Positions 52,536 through 61,735 of a stretch of DNA of 64,000 nt are shown piece by piece. Position 1 is the first letter of the stretch. The number at the start of each line of letters is the position of its first letter. The DNA comes from Longimicrobiales bacterium (GTDB lineage Bacteria > Gemmatimonadota > Gemmatimonadetes > Longimicrobiales > Gaopeijiaceae): the NCBI GenBank assembly GCA_963664435.2, contig CAXXKM010000001.1:448001-512000 (forward strand). The letters run 5' to 3'. A program made the position numbers and the translations under genes. The notes under the pieces were generated by a model. The model saw nothing but the letters and a program-made list of their open reading frames with translations, made no database searches and was not told the origin of the DNA.

Positions 52536-53729
52536 TCAGTTGCGCCTGCGCGCCGGGTCGAAGAAGGGGGTCTTCACCACCGTGGCCGGCACTTCGTGGC
52601 GCACGAACTCCACGGTGAGTTCGAAGTCCACCCGGTCGCCGGGCCGGGCGAAGTCGCGCTGCAGGGTCGCGAGGGCGATGTACTTCTTGAGGATGGGCGA
52701 GAAGGTGGAGCTGGTGACGAAGCCGACCTGGGTTCCGGCGGCGAAGATCGGCACCGGCTCGCGCGAGGCCCGGCCCGCCACCAGCGGGGGCAGCCCGACG
52801 GAGGCGAAGCGCCGCTCGATGCGCGGCCAGTCGACCTCGAGCCCCGCGAAGGCCCATTTCGAGGGCTGGGCGGCTTCCCCCTCGAGCGCCTTCCCGCCTA
52901 CGAAATCGCGTCCGGGCCGCGGCTGCACCGCCCACCCCAGGCCGGCCTCGTAGGGCGAGGACTTGCGCGACTCGATGAGCGCCGTCCACGCCGACACGTA
53001 GTCCACTTCCTTGAGCAGGAGCCCGGCCTCGATGCGGGCCACGTCGAGGGCGTCGAGGCCGGCCGGGGCGATGCCGTACCCCCGGCCCGCCTCCATGAGC
53101 GCGTCCCAGAGGGCGAGCGCGTGCTCGGGGCGCACCCAGATCTCGTATCCGAGATCACCGGTGTAGCCGGTCCGCGTGATCGTGACCGGAACCGATCCCA
53201 CGTTGCCCTCGGCCAACCCGAAGTACGGGACCGAGGCGATGCCCGCCCCGGTCACCAGCCCGGCCAGGATGTCGCGCGAGGTGGGTCCCTGGAGGGCGAG
53301 CGCGGCCAGCTCGAGCGAGACGTCGCGCACGCGGGCGTCCATCCCCAGCGCGCAGTCCTGGAACCAGCGCAGGCTCGGATCCGCGGCCGTGATGCGGAAG
53401 GCGTCCGCGTCCAGGCGCTGCACGGTGCCGTCGTCGATCAGCTTGCCCGCCTCGTCGCACCAGGGGCTGTAGAGCACGCGCCCCTCCGGGCAGTCGGCCG
53501 CGTGGCGCGTGACGATGCGGTCGACCAGCGCGGCCGCGCCGGGCCCGGTGATCTCGTATTTGCGCAGGGGCGAGATGTCGAAGAGCGCCGCCGCGCTGCG
53601 CACCGCGTAGTACTCGTACTCGTGGCTCGGCTCGTAGCTGAGGGCGGCGGCGTACCCGGACCAGTTGCGCCAGCGGCGGTGGTGACAGAGCGCGCCGGTG
53701 CGCCGGTGGAAGGGGGTTTCGAGGAGCAT
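52536..53729 (-). CDS. GcvT-family aminomethyltransferase
   Basis: TPFH, EYYAVR, FDISPL, DDGTV, TRTGYTGDLGYEIW, RIEAGL, TPFFDP. Confidence 0.88.
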   Translation of the reverse strand: MLLETPFHRRTGALCHHRRWRNWSGYAAALSYEPSHEYEYYAVRSAAALFDISPLRKYEITGPGAAALVDRIVTRHAADCPEGRVLYSPWCDEAGKLIDDGTVQRLDADAFRITAADPSLRWFQDCALGMDARVRDVSLELAALALQGPTSRDILAGLVTGAGIASVPYFGLAEGNVGSVPVTITRTGYTGDLGYEIWVRPEHALALWDALMEAGRGYGIAPAGLDALDVARIEAGLLLKEVDYVSAWTALIESRKSSPYEAGLGWAVQPRPGRDFVGGKALEGEAAQPSKWAFAGLEVDWPRIERRFASVGLPPLVAGRASREPVPIFAAGTQVGFVTSSTFSPILKKYIALATLQRDFARPGDRVDFELTVEFVRHEVPATVVKTPFFDPARRRN

Positions 53730-53748
53730 GCGGCAAGCTGGCTGCGAT

Positions 53749-54303
53749 TCAGAAGCGCAGCAAGGTGGTGACCGCGGGTTGGCCCGGCTGGATGACGATG
53801 AGGTAGAGCCGGTCGTACTCCATGTGGTCGATGGGACCGTGAGGCTCGCCGCCGAGCGCCTCCACGAGGCTCGGGGTCGTGTTGCTGTGGCCCGAGACCA
53901 GATGACGCCCGGGCGTCGCGCGGATGGACTCCGCGAGCTCCACCAGCTCTCCGGGGCTGTAGAGGGCGAGCTCCACGCCGTCGTCGGCGGCGATGGGACG
54001 GGCGGTATCGAGCGTCCGGGTCAGGTTGGTGGAGTGGACGTGAGTGAAATCCACGTCCGCCAGAAGGGTTCGCAGCCGCTCGACCCGCGCCCTTCCAACG
54101 TCGTTCAAGGGCGAGTTGGGACTGTCGTCGAGCCGTTCCGCATGCCGCACCAGGATGACGGTCACGGCCCCGTCCGGGTCCGGCGCGAAGACCTGCGCAC
54201 CGAGGCGGAAGGGCGACGCGACCGCCGCCAGGCAGGCCGCGAAGGCAACCAGCGTGCTTGCGTGTACGCACGCGCGGCATCGTGGAATTCGCGATCGAGT
54301 CAT
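53749..54303 (-). CDS. Histidine-phosphatase (phosphoglycerate mutase-like) family, exported
   Basis: ILVRHAE, RTLDTA, VSGHSNT; signal peptide. Confidence 0.85.
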   Translation of the reverse strand: MTRSRIPRCRACVHASTLVAFAACLAAVASPFRLGAQVFAPDPDGAVTVILVRHAERLDDSPNSPLNDVGRARVERLRTLLADVDFTHVHSTNLTRTLDTARPIAADDGVELALYSPGELVELAESIRATPGRHLVSGHSNTTPSLVEALGGEPHGPIDHMEYDRLYLIVIQPGQPAVTTLLRF

Positions 54304-54311
54304 GGCACCCA

Positions 54312-54827
54312 CTACTTGAGCTCGACCAGCTGATCGGGGTCGACCCGGACCACGATGTAGGTGATCGCCTCGGTGATCTCGCTGAAACCGTGCGGCGAGT
54401 TGGTCGGGATGATCACCATGTCGCCCGGCCCGATTTCTCGGCTCTGTCCGCCCGCGATGCCGCCCAGCGCACTCGGGCCGGTCAGCGTGCGGACGATATT
54501 GCCCTCCGGATCGAGGGGGCTCGCGCCGGTGAGCTCGCCACCGGTCACCAGCGTGCCGCGCCCCTGCACAACGTAGTAGACCTCGGTCTGGTTGTGGTGC
54601 TGGATGGCCCCCAGCGAGGTGGTGGGCGGCCGGTGCACCAACCCGACCCCGACGTTGTGGCCGCCCGCGTCGATGTGCCGGATCTGCTGGTCGCTCACCC
54701 GGTCCTCGGGGGCGTTGGCGATCGTCGCGAGAATGTCGTCCGCGGTGATGTGGGTGGCGGCCGGATTGTCCTGGGCCGCAGCCCAGAGCACCCCGGCGGC
54801 CAGCGCGGCGACGAGCAGCTTCGACAT
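54312..54827 (-). CDS. Exported cupin-domain protein
   Basis: HHNQTEVYYV and PGDMVIIPTNSPHGF cupin motifs; signal peptide. Confidence 0.8.
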   Translation of the reverse strand: MSKLLVAALAAGVLWAAAQDNPAATHITADDILATIANAPEDRVSDQQIRHIDAGGHNVGVGLVHRPPTTSLGAIQHHNQTEVYYVVQGRGTLVTGGELTGASPLDPEGNIVRTLTGPSALGGIAGGQSREIGPGDMVIIPTNSPHGFSEITEAITYIVVRVDPDQLVELK

Positions 54828-55022
54828 GGCGGTCTCCGTCAACGTTGGGGTTCAGGGCCCTGCACGGGAGAAGCCAATATTAACAGGCCCTGAATGAATC
54901 CGCGCGTGCACCGAGAGAATCGGCCTTGCCCTCGGCGCGGGCAAACGGCGCCACATCGTGGGCCGCGACCCTCACGGCGTCTCTCCCGAGGACCGGTTCA
55001 GAACTGGCTTGTCAAACGAGGT

Positions 55023-55985
55023 TCACCCCCCCGGCCTTCGCACCCGCCGCTTGATCTCCGGGTCGACCCGCGTTCCGTACATGGTGATGCCGGACAGGCG
55101 CGAGAAGTAGTCGTAGGCCACGGCCGACACCGCCTCCACCACGGCCCCGCCGTTGCCCCCGTAGCTGGACATCACCGAGATCACGTAGGGGCGGTCGGGC
55201 ACGTCGACCAGCCCCCATACGGTGGCAACGCCGGTGATTCCACCGGGCTTGAATGCGATCGGCACCTCGCGGGGCACCGGGGTGCGAATGGGCCCACCCT
55301 TGAAGATCTCCAGGATCTCGCGCACCCGCGCGCACCCGGTTTCCCCCATCGGCAGGTCGCAGCTCGCGATCCGTTCCATGATCAGCGCGGCGTCCCGGGG
55401 CGTGGACAGGTTCTCGTTGCCGCGCGCGGACTCCTCCGGCCGGATCATCTTGCGCTGCAGAAGGGTGTGCTCCGCCCCGAGCGAGGCCGAAAGCGCGTTC
55501 ACCTCGTCCATTCCCATCTCGTCGATGAGCACGTTCGTGGCGGTGTTGTCGGAATAGACGATCATGTAGATCGCGTAGTCCTCGAGGGACAGCGACGCGC
55601 CGCCGTCGGTCAGGTGGAGCAGCACGCCGCTCCCGCCGGTGCGCACCTCGTCGGTCATGTCGATGCGGCGGCGCAGCAGCCCGGATTCCGACTCGGCCCG
55701 CCGGAAGAGCTCCAGGAGGATGGGGATCTTGATGGCGCTCGCCTGCGGGAAGACCAGCTCGTCGTTCACGCTGAAGCGGTCGCCCGAGGTGAGGTCGATG
55801 AGATGCACGCCCGCGACGCCCTCGTAGCCATCGACGATGCTCTCCAGTTCCGCCTGCAGCTTGCCGCGCAGGAGCGCCAGATGCTCCTCCTGGGCGGAGA
55901 GCGGGGAGGCGGGGAAGAACGCGGAGACGGCAAGGCCGAGGACCAGGCCGCAGGTAAGGATTCGGTGCGGCGGCAAGGGCGTCAT
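55023..55985 (-). CDS. Class A beta-lactamase-like serine hydrolase
   Basis: SAIK (SxxK), SDN, KPG; signal peptide; AGGAGG RBS. Confidence 0.85.
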   Translation of the reverse strand: MTPLPPHRILTCGLVLGLAVSAFFPASPLSAQEEHLALLRGKLQAELESIVDGYEGVAGVHLIDLTSGDRFSVNDELVFPQASAIKIPILLELFRRAESESGLLRRRIDMTDEVRTGGSGVLLHLTDGGASLSLEDYAIYMIVYSDNTATNVLIDEMGMDEVNALSASLGAEHTLLQRKMIRPEESARGNENLSTPRDAALIMERIASCDLPMGETGCARVREILEIFKGGPIRTPVPREVPIAFKPGGITGVATVWGLVDVPDRPYVISVMSSYGGNGGAVVEAVSAVAYDYFSRLSGITMYGTRVDPEIKRRVRRPGG

Positions 55986-56083
55986 GGTCCCTCCTGATGA
56001 TGTGTTTCGTCTGATGAAGACGCGGCGATGGCGGCCCCCCCGGGGCGCATCGTGTTGACGACCTGTGCCCGGCCGGACCTGCC

Positions 56084-57238
56084 TCAGATCCGCATCGCCG
56101 AGAAAACCGCCCGGTGCGCCGCCACGATGCGTTCCAGCGCCTCCTGGTTGGGTTCGAGCGACCACTCTCCGCGCTCGGAGGTTCCGCCAAGCACGATGCC
56201 GTCGCTGCGCGGCTGCATATGGATGCCGAGGCCGCCTTGCGGGGTTGCAGGGGCACCGCCGAAGGTGCCGTAGTTCACTTCGGGCTGCGGCACCAGCACC
56301 GTGAGCTGTCCCTTGAGGGGCACCATCGTGCGGTCGCCGAACAGGTCGCGCGCGCCCAGCCCGGTGCAGTTGACCGCGATCGATTCGTCCAGTTCCACCA
56401 GCTCCCGCGGCTCCGTGAACTTGCGGATGACGATGCGCCCGCCGAAGTCGACGAAGTCCCGCACCAGGGCGTCGAGATAGATGGAGGGCTCGATGCGCAT
56501 CTGGGTGCGCTGATTGGCGTAGCGGGTCGAGAACGGATGCTCTCCCGGCCCCAGCACCCTTGTCCCCGTGCGCAGGTGCGCGGGGAGCAGCGGCTCGGCG
56601 TCCCCTCCCCCGCCTCCCCGCGGGCGTGGCTCGTTGTCGCCGAGCGCGTAGCTGTGGATCCAGGACACGCCGTATCCCCGCCCGACCAGCAATTGCAGCT
56701 GCCGGTAGCCGATCTCCGCGGCCTCCCGGAACTGGGCGTCCCAGGCAGGCGTCCGCAGGTCGTCGTCGACGAGCCCCGACGTGGGCGTGAATCCCGCCAG
56801 GGACATGTTGGACGTGGTGTTCGGGGGCACGTCCATCGTGTAGATGGTGACGTCGAACCCCCGCCGCTGCAGCTGGCGCGCGGCGGTGAGCCCGGCAGCC
56901 CCACACCCGAGCACCGCCGCCGTGCGGCTGTCGTGCTCCAGGGCCATCTCCGCGGCCATGGCCCCCGTGCCCCACGAGAGCGACATCCCCGCTCCGCCGT
57001 GCCCGTAGTTGTGGATCACCGTAGTCTCGTCGAGCCGCTCGGCGCGCAGCAGGAACCCCGCCGGGCGATGGGGCCGGAGGCCCACGGTGGTGCGGATGAT
57101 GCGGTCCGGATCCACGCGCACCCGCGCGAGCCGCAGCGGCGGCTGGCCCATGGGTGTCGAGCGCACTCCGCACGCACCCAGCCCGCTCCCGAGCAACCCG
57201 ATGCCGCCGATTCTCAGCAGCGTTCGTCGGTCCATCAT
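56084..57238 (-). CDS. D-amino-acid oxidase-family FAD enzyme (Tat/lipoprotein)
   Basis: MDRRTLL leader; GLRP and HNYGHGGAG placed before GCGAAG; VNCTGLG, KGQL. Confidence 0.82.
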   Translation of the reverse strand: MMDRRTLLRIGGIGLLGSGLGACGVRSTPMGQPPLRLARVRVDPDRIIRTTVGLRPHRPAGFLLRAERLDETTVIHNYGHGGAGMSLSWGTGAMAAEMALEHDSRTAAVLGCGAAGLTAARQLQRRGFDVTIYTMDVPPNTTSNMSLAGFTPTSGLVDDDLRTPAWDAQFREAAEIGYRQLQLLVGRGYGVSWIHSYALGDNEPRPRGGGGGDAEPLLPAHLRTGTRVLGPGEHPFSTRYANQRTQMRIEPSIYLDALVRDFVDFGGRIVIRKFTEPRELVELDESIAVNCTGLGARDLFGDRTMVPLKGQLTVLVPQPEVNYGTFGGAPATPQGGLGIHMQPRSDGIVLGGTSERGEWSLEPNQEALERIVAAHRAVFSAMRI

Positions 57239-57475
57239 CGTCTCCGGCCCATTCTGCGATGGCAGGCGTCTTCGTCGAAGTCCCATCTTGGATTGCGCAC
57301 CCACGCCGGGCAACTATTGACCAGTCGCGGACGGCGGGAGACCAGACCTATGCCTATGACAAACCCGCCCATCCGAAACGCAACATCAAGTTCAACGGCC
57401 TGGGCGAAGACCGGATTAGCCTTGACCTCGCTTTGTTGCCGGTGGCCAGCGAGGACCCTCCAACGCCAATGGCGG

Positions 57476-58666
57476 TCAGTGACGACTCGAAGCGCCGGCT
57501 TCGCTTGCGGGGTGGAACCGCACCCGCACGACGCGCTGGACATCGAGAGAGTCGCGTGTCGTGCCATACAGAAGCGACTCGGTGACCCAGGGGACGCCAC
57601 CCACCCGAACGCCTGCCGGCCAGCGATAGCGAGCAACCAGCTCGGCGCCCTCATAGACATCGGCTTCGCGCAATTCGTCACCGTCCGCTGGCGTTTTCTC
57701 TACCCACAGTCGATCCGAGCGATCAAAGAAGAGGTCCGCGAGTGCCGGCTTACGCTCGGGAATGCCGAACGGATGATTCGAAAGGTCCAGCCGCCGAAGG
57801 TCTCGATCGACAAGGGCCGCCGCGCGCTCGCGCTCGTCCCGGCTGAGCGGCGGCCCGCGAAGCTGCGAACGCTCGATCCGGAGCATGGTCCCATCCGGCC
57901 GGTGAACATCGACCGAGTACTCCGAGGTGATGGCTTCGGCCCAGGCACCGCCGGAGCCGTGGCCGTGCATCCACCGCGGGCCGAAAGGCTGCCGGACGAA
58001 AAAGCTCATCTGCATGTCCCGGAACGTCCGTGACACCGCCGTGGAGCCGGTCGCCTGCCTGTCAGGATCCGCCATGGCGACTGTGTCGACTGATCCGTCG
58101 GATTCCCTGTGAAAGCGCGCAGTTACGGCCTCGCCCTCCGGGCTGGTCAGTGTCCCGACGTCGACAAGGCGACCCTCGGCGTCGAAGGTGACCGGCGCAA
58201 CCATACCGACGCCGCCGTGCGCAATCCTCAGCCCGCGGTCGTATCGGGCGCCCGCGGCATCGATTTGGAACGCACTGTAGCGGGTACTCTCGCGCACCCA
58301 CAGCACGCCGTCCGGCCCGAACGCCAGGCAGCAGGGACCGGTCAGTTCGCCCGGGCCCTCTCCCTCTCCCCCGAAGCGGAAAAGGAACCGGCCCTGTGAA
58401 TCGAAGACGCGCACCTCGTGCGATTGCATGTCGGCGACGAGGATCCGCCCGGTCGGATCCTCAACAATCGACTCGACACGAGTGAACAGATAGGGCTCGT
58501 CCCCCTCGGTTTCGCCGAACTCGAGGTCGACAATGCCCGCGAAGGTGGGGACTCCGCCTGGCAACAAGTCACTGTCCGCACCGGTACAGCCGACTCCCTG
58601 CAGGAGAAGCAGTGCGGACGCGAGTAACAGCCGAGCCATCCCGGCCTGACGGGTGACGATGCACAT
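57476..58666 (-). CDS. 6-bladed beta-propeller lipoprotein
   Basis: Lipobox GVGC; VRVFDSQGRFLFRFGGEGEGPGEL; DRSDRLWV; DSLDVQRVVRVR. Confidence 0.78.
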   Translation of the reverse strand: MCIVTRQAGMARLLLASALLLLQGVGCTGADSDLLPGGVPTFAGIVDLEFGETEGDEPYLFTRVESIVEDPTGRILVADMQSHEVRVFDSQGRFLFRFGGEGEGPGELTGPCCLAFGPDGVLWVRESTRYSAFQIDAAGARYDRGLRIAHGGVGMVAPVTFDAEGRLVDVGTLTSPEGEAVTARFHRESDGSVDTVAMADPDRQATGSTAVSRTFRDMQMSFFVRQPFGPRWMHGHGSGGAWAEAITSEYSVDVHRPDGTMLRIERSQLRGPPLSRDERERAAALVDRDLRRLDLSNHPFGIPERKPALADLFFDRSDRLWVEKTPADGDELREADVYEGAELVARYRWPAGVRVGGVPWVTESLLYGTTRDSLDVQRVVRVRFHPASEAGASSRH

Positions 58667-58785
58667 GGCGAACAACCGGACCAGGCCTGGCGTAGATGGA
58701 GCCGACGACTACAGACGCTTGCGGGGCAACGATATCACACAGGTGTTGAAAAATCAAACATAGCGAGCTGCGGGAATCGCAAAGC

Positions 58786-59388
58786 TCATCGTACCACGAC
58801 GAACCCCACCGCCCGGTCCACGTCCCGGATGTCGACCACCGCCCCGTCGGTGAAGTCGAGCACGATGCGCCACGCCCGGGTTCCATCCTCGGCCACGATC
58901 GGTTCCAGCCACGCCCGCTCGATCCAGCCCACTCGCAGCAGGGCATCTTCCAGGGCCGCGAGCTGAAGGTCGGTCTCGGGTCCCGCGTCGATGTAGTAGT
59001 TGATCGTCTCCACATCGAAGGGGTGGTTGATGCGCCAGCGGTTGAGCGCCTGGTTGATCGTCACCCAATCCGCGCCCGTGTCGATGAGGTGCTGCGCGTG
59101 GAAGCGGAGCAGCATGTCGTTGTGCTTGGGATTGCGGGCCAGCGCCTCCTCCAGGAAGCGCTCGTACTCCGCGACATCCCCTGACGCCAGCGACTGCATT
59201 CCCTGGATGAACTCCGTATCCGCCTCATCCGGAGTCACCCGCACCAGCACCTCCGCCAGCGCGCGCCCCTCCTCCGAGAACCAGCCCGGAGGCTCGGAAG
59301 CGCGCGAGAGCCACCACTCGCGCCCGCCGACGATCAGGCACAGCCCGTAGATCACCAACAGCAGACGGTATTTCTGATGCCACGGCAT
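58786..59388 (-). CDS. Membrane-anchored hypothetical protein (short TPR-like helical region)
   Basis: N-terminal TM helix, helical LEEALARNP segment; co-oriented with the upstream membrane protein. Confidence 0.65.
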   Translation of the reverse strand: MPWHQKYRLLLVIYGLCLIVGGREWWLSRASEPPGWFSEEGRALAEVLVRVTPDEADTEFIQGMQSLASGDVAEYERFLEEALARNPKHNDMLLRFHAQHLIDTGADWVTINQALNRWRINHPFDVETINYYIDAGPETDLQLAALEDALLRVGWIERAWLEPIVAEDGTRAWRIVLDFTDGAVVDIRDVDRAVGFVVVR

Positions 59389-59397
59389 GCTACAGCC

Positions 59398-59523
59398 TCA
59401 CTTCCCGTGCTCGATCCCTCACTGCCTGTGCTCCACCACGGCCCCGGGTCTCCGTCCCACAGCCTCGGGTCTCCATCCCCCGGCCCCGGGTCTGCATGCC
59501 GGAGCCCGCGATCTCCATCCTAC
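59398..59523. repeat. Six degenerate 21-bp tandem units filling an intergenic gap
   Basis: For example GGCCCCGGGTCTCCGTCCCAC / AGCCTCGGGTCTCCATCCCCC / GGCCCCGGGTCTGCATGCCGG / AGCCCGCGATCTCCATCCTAC. Confidence 0.7.
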
Positions 59524-60635
59524 AACCCCTTTTGCACGCTCTTGTCGCGCACCTTCCAGATGAAGGAATCCACGTAGTAGTGCGTTAACGCATACGCCGC
59601 GATCAGGGTCTCCGCGAAGAGTGCATAGCTCGCCGCGTAGTCGAGCCCGGCAATGTTGAAGTTCTGGATCGCAGCGTAGGGCGCGAAGTTGACCACCCCG
59701 AACCCGAACTCGTCGAGCGGCCGGTTGATCATCAGCTGCACCACGATCGCGTAGGCGCCCCCGCCCACCAGGAACCACTTCAGCTTGCCCTTGCCGGCCA
59801 GGCGGCTCCAGAAGCCCGGCCTCGACACCTTCAGATCGGCCTTGCGCCTCATGAATACGTAGACCATCACCATGTACTGGACCCCGTGCATGATGCGGTG
59901 GGCCACATTGTAGATGAGGATGGAGTTGGTGTGCCAGGCCGCGAAGTACCACAGGAAATAGCTCGCGGCGATGAAGACGTACTTGATGGGGTTGATGCGC
60001 CCGCCGTTCTGTACCAGGCGCCACAGGTGCACGGTGTAGCACGCCAGGTAGATGCCCAGGGCGAGCCAGGCGATCTGCTGCAGCGTCTCGACGAAGCCGG
60101 CCGAGACGGGAATCTGCATGCGGTGCAACTCGCGGATCCACAGGTGCCTGAACATGGGGGCCTGGATGAACATGTTCAGGTACAGCGTCCAGTGCAGCGC
60201 CAGGTCCCAGCGGCCCGTGGAGGGCGTGCCCGCGCCCGCCTTGAAGTCGTAGATGCGGCTGAAGCCGTGCTGCTGCATGATGCTGTGCTGATGGTCCCAG
60301 GCCGTGACCATCAACAGCAGTGTGATCGGCGCCCAGGTGAGTCCCGCGGCGGTGAGCCCGAAGATGACGATGGGCCCGAGGACGAGCCGGTCCTTGAAGC
60401 GCGCCCACTCCTCCGGCATGCCGTAGCTGCGCACCCAGCCCGCGTAGTGGTGCGGCACCGTGATCCAGAGGTTGACGGAGGCCACCACTACGTAGGGAAG
60501 CCACATCTGGAAGCCGAGCGCGATCGCCACCGCCAGGAAGGGCAGTCCCAGGAACCACACCAGGTCGAGGCGCGGGTTCAGAATGTAGCCGGTGCGGAAG
60601 GGAGATTCGCCCGGTCGATTGCCTTGTGTGGTCAT
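59520..60635 (-). CDS. Polytopic membrane protein with several His motifs
   Basis: Multiple TM helices; PHHY, DHQH...QQHG, HRIMHGVQY, THYYVDSFIWK. Confidence 0.75.
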   Translation of the reverse strand: MTTQGNRPGESPFRTGYILNPRLDLVWFLGLPFLAVAIALGFQMWLPYVVVASVNLWITVPHHYAGWVRSYGMPEEWARFKDRLVLGPIVIFGLTAAGLTWAPITLLLMVTAWDHQHSIMQQHGFSRIYDFKAGAGTPSTGRWDLALHWTLYLNMFIQAPMFRHLWIRELHRMQIPVSAGFVETLQQIAWLALGIYLACYTVHLWRLVQNGGRINPIKYVFIAASYFLWYFAAWHTNSILIYNVAHRIMHGVQYMVMVYVFMRRKADLKVSRPGFWSRLAGKGKLKWFLVGGGAYAIVVQLMINRPLDEFGFGVVNFAPYAAIQNFNIAGLDYAASYALFAETLIAAYALTHYYVDSFIWKVRDKSVQKGL

Positions 60636-60831
60636 ACCTGATCCGTCCGGCGAGTGTCCGGGGGAAGCGAGGCGGCCGTCCCCACCTGCCAGCCGACCTC
60701 GCCGGCTGAAAATCGCCAGCCTGCGGGACGGAGGTCAAGTCGCCTCCGGGGGCGTAGTACGAAGTCCTCCTTCATGCGCTCCTGATGCAGGAACCCGTCG
60801 TCTCCTTCATCCACCCATGAGGAGGTTTCCA

Positions 60832-61515
60832 ATGCAGCGGCCATCGCTCGTTCTCCCCGTCATGCTGTTCGTTCTCGCCTCCAGCTCCCCCGCCTCGGCC
60901 CAGGCCACGTTGTCGTTGACCGGCGGTGTCAACCTGTCGACGCTCGCCGCCGACGCTCCTTCCGCCCGGGACGTGTGGCACTCCGAGTCGCTCGCAAGAA
61001 TGTCCATCGGGTTGGCGGCGACCGTCCCGGCTTCGAAGTACCTGGGGATCCAGGCTGGCATCGCCTATGCGCAGAAGGGCGGTCGGCTGACCGCGTTGGA
61101 CAACCGCCAGCTGGTCACCGTCGACATGGCGCTCGACTACTTCGAGTTCACGCTGCTTGCCGTGCCGACGTTGCCCCTGTCGTCGTGGGAACGCTCCTCG
61201 GTTCGCTTCTTCGTCGGTCCCACGCTGGCCAGCCGGGTGTCTTGCGATTTCGACGCATCGGGCTGGCTCGGAGCCGAGCACCTCGCCGCCGCCGGCAGTT
61301 GCGACGCGGGACCGGACGAAATCGAGGTGGCGATGGACCTCGGGGTCACCCTGGGCGGAGGAGTGGTGGTTGGGGTGACGGACCGCACCGATGTGAGCGT
61401 CGATCTGCTCTATTCGCTCGGGCTCATCCCCGTCGGAGGGGGAGACTCGTACTGGAGCGGGCCAAGACACCGTGTTCTGAGTCTCCGGGCCGGCGTAGCC
61501 CTGCCGGTCGGCTAG
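60832..61515 (+). CDS. Small outer-membrane beta-barrel (porin-family) protein
   Basis: AGGAGG RBS, signal peptide ASA-Q, GGVNLS, YAQKG, DLLYSLGL. Confidence 0.78.
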   Translation: MQRPSLVLPVMLFVLASSSPASAQATLSLTGGVNLSTLAADAPSARDVWHSESLARMSIGLAATVPASKYLGIQAGIAYAQKGGRLTALDNRQLVTVDMALDYFEFTLLAVPTLPLSSWERSSVRFFVGPTLASRVSCDFDASGWLGAEHLAAAGSCDAGPDEIEVAMDLGVTLGGGVVVGVTDRTDVSVDLLYSLGLIPVGGGDSYWSGPRHRVLSLRAGVALPVG

Positions 61516-61735
61516 GGGTTCGAGCAGCGCTGGCGCGCGGCTGAGGGTCGGTGCGGATCTTCCCGACTGCACCGGCGGGAACGAACTCCACATGCCCAGC
61601 ATTACTAAGGATTTAGTTGACAGGCCGGCTTTCGCTCTCCATCGTGGTGTTGGTGTCCTTCGTCGGGGCGCGCACGACGACGCACCCACGGCTGACAACC
61701 GCGGTGCTCCGAGAACGCACTTGGAGGAGGGGAAC

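Noticed and set aside
55023..55985. Antibiotic-resistance beta-lactamase
   Set aside because: Fold motifs are present, but such homologues are often not lactamases; activity cannot be inferred from sequence
57240..57475. Possible gene relic or ncRNA in a lower-GC intergenic stretch
   Set aside because: No recognisable motif or convincing structure
59398..59523. Possible CRISPR array
   Set aside because: Units are contiguous and degenerate, with no unique spacers and no cas genes
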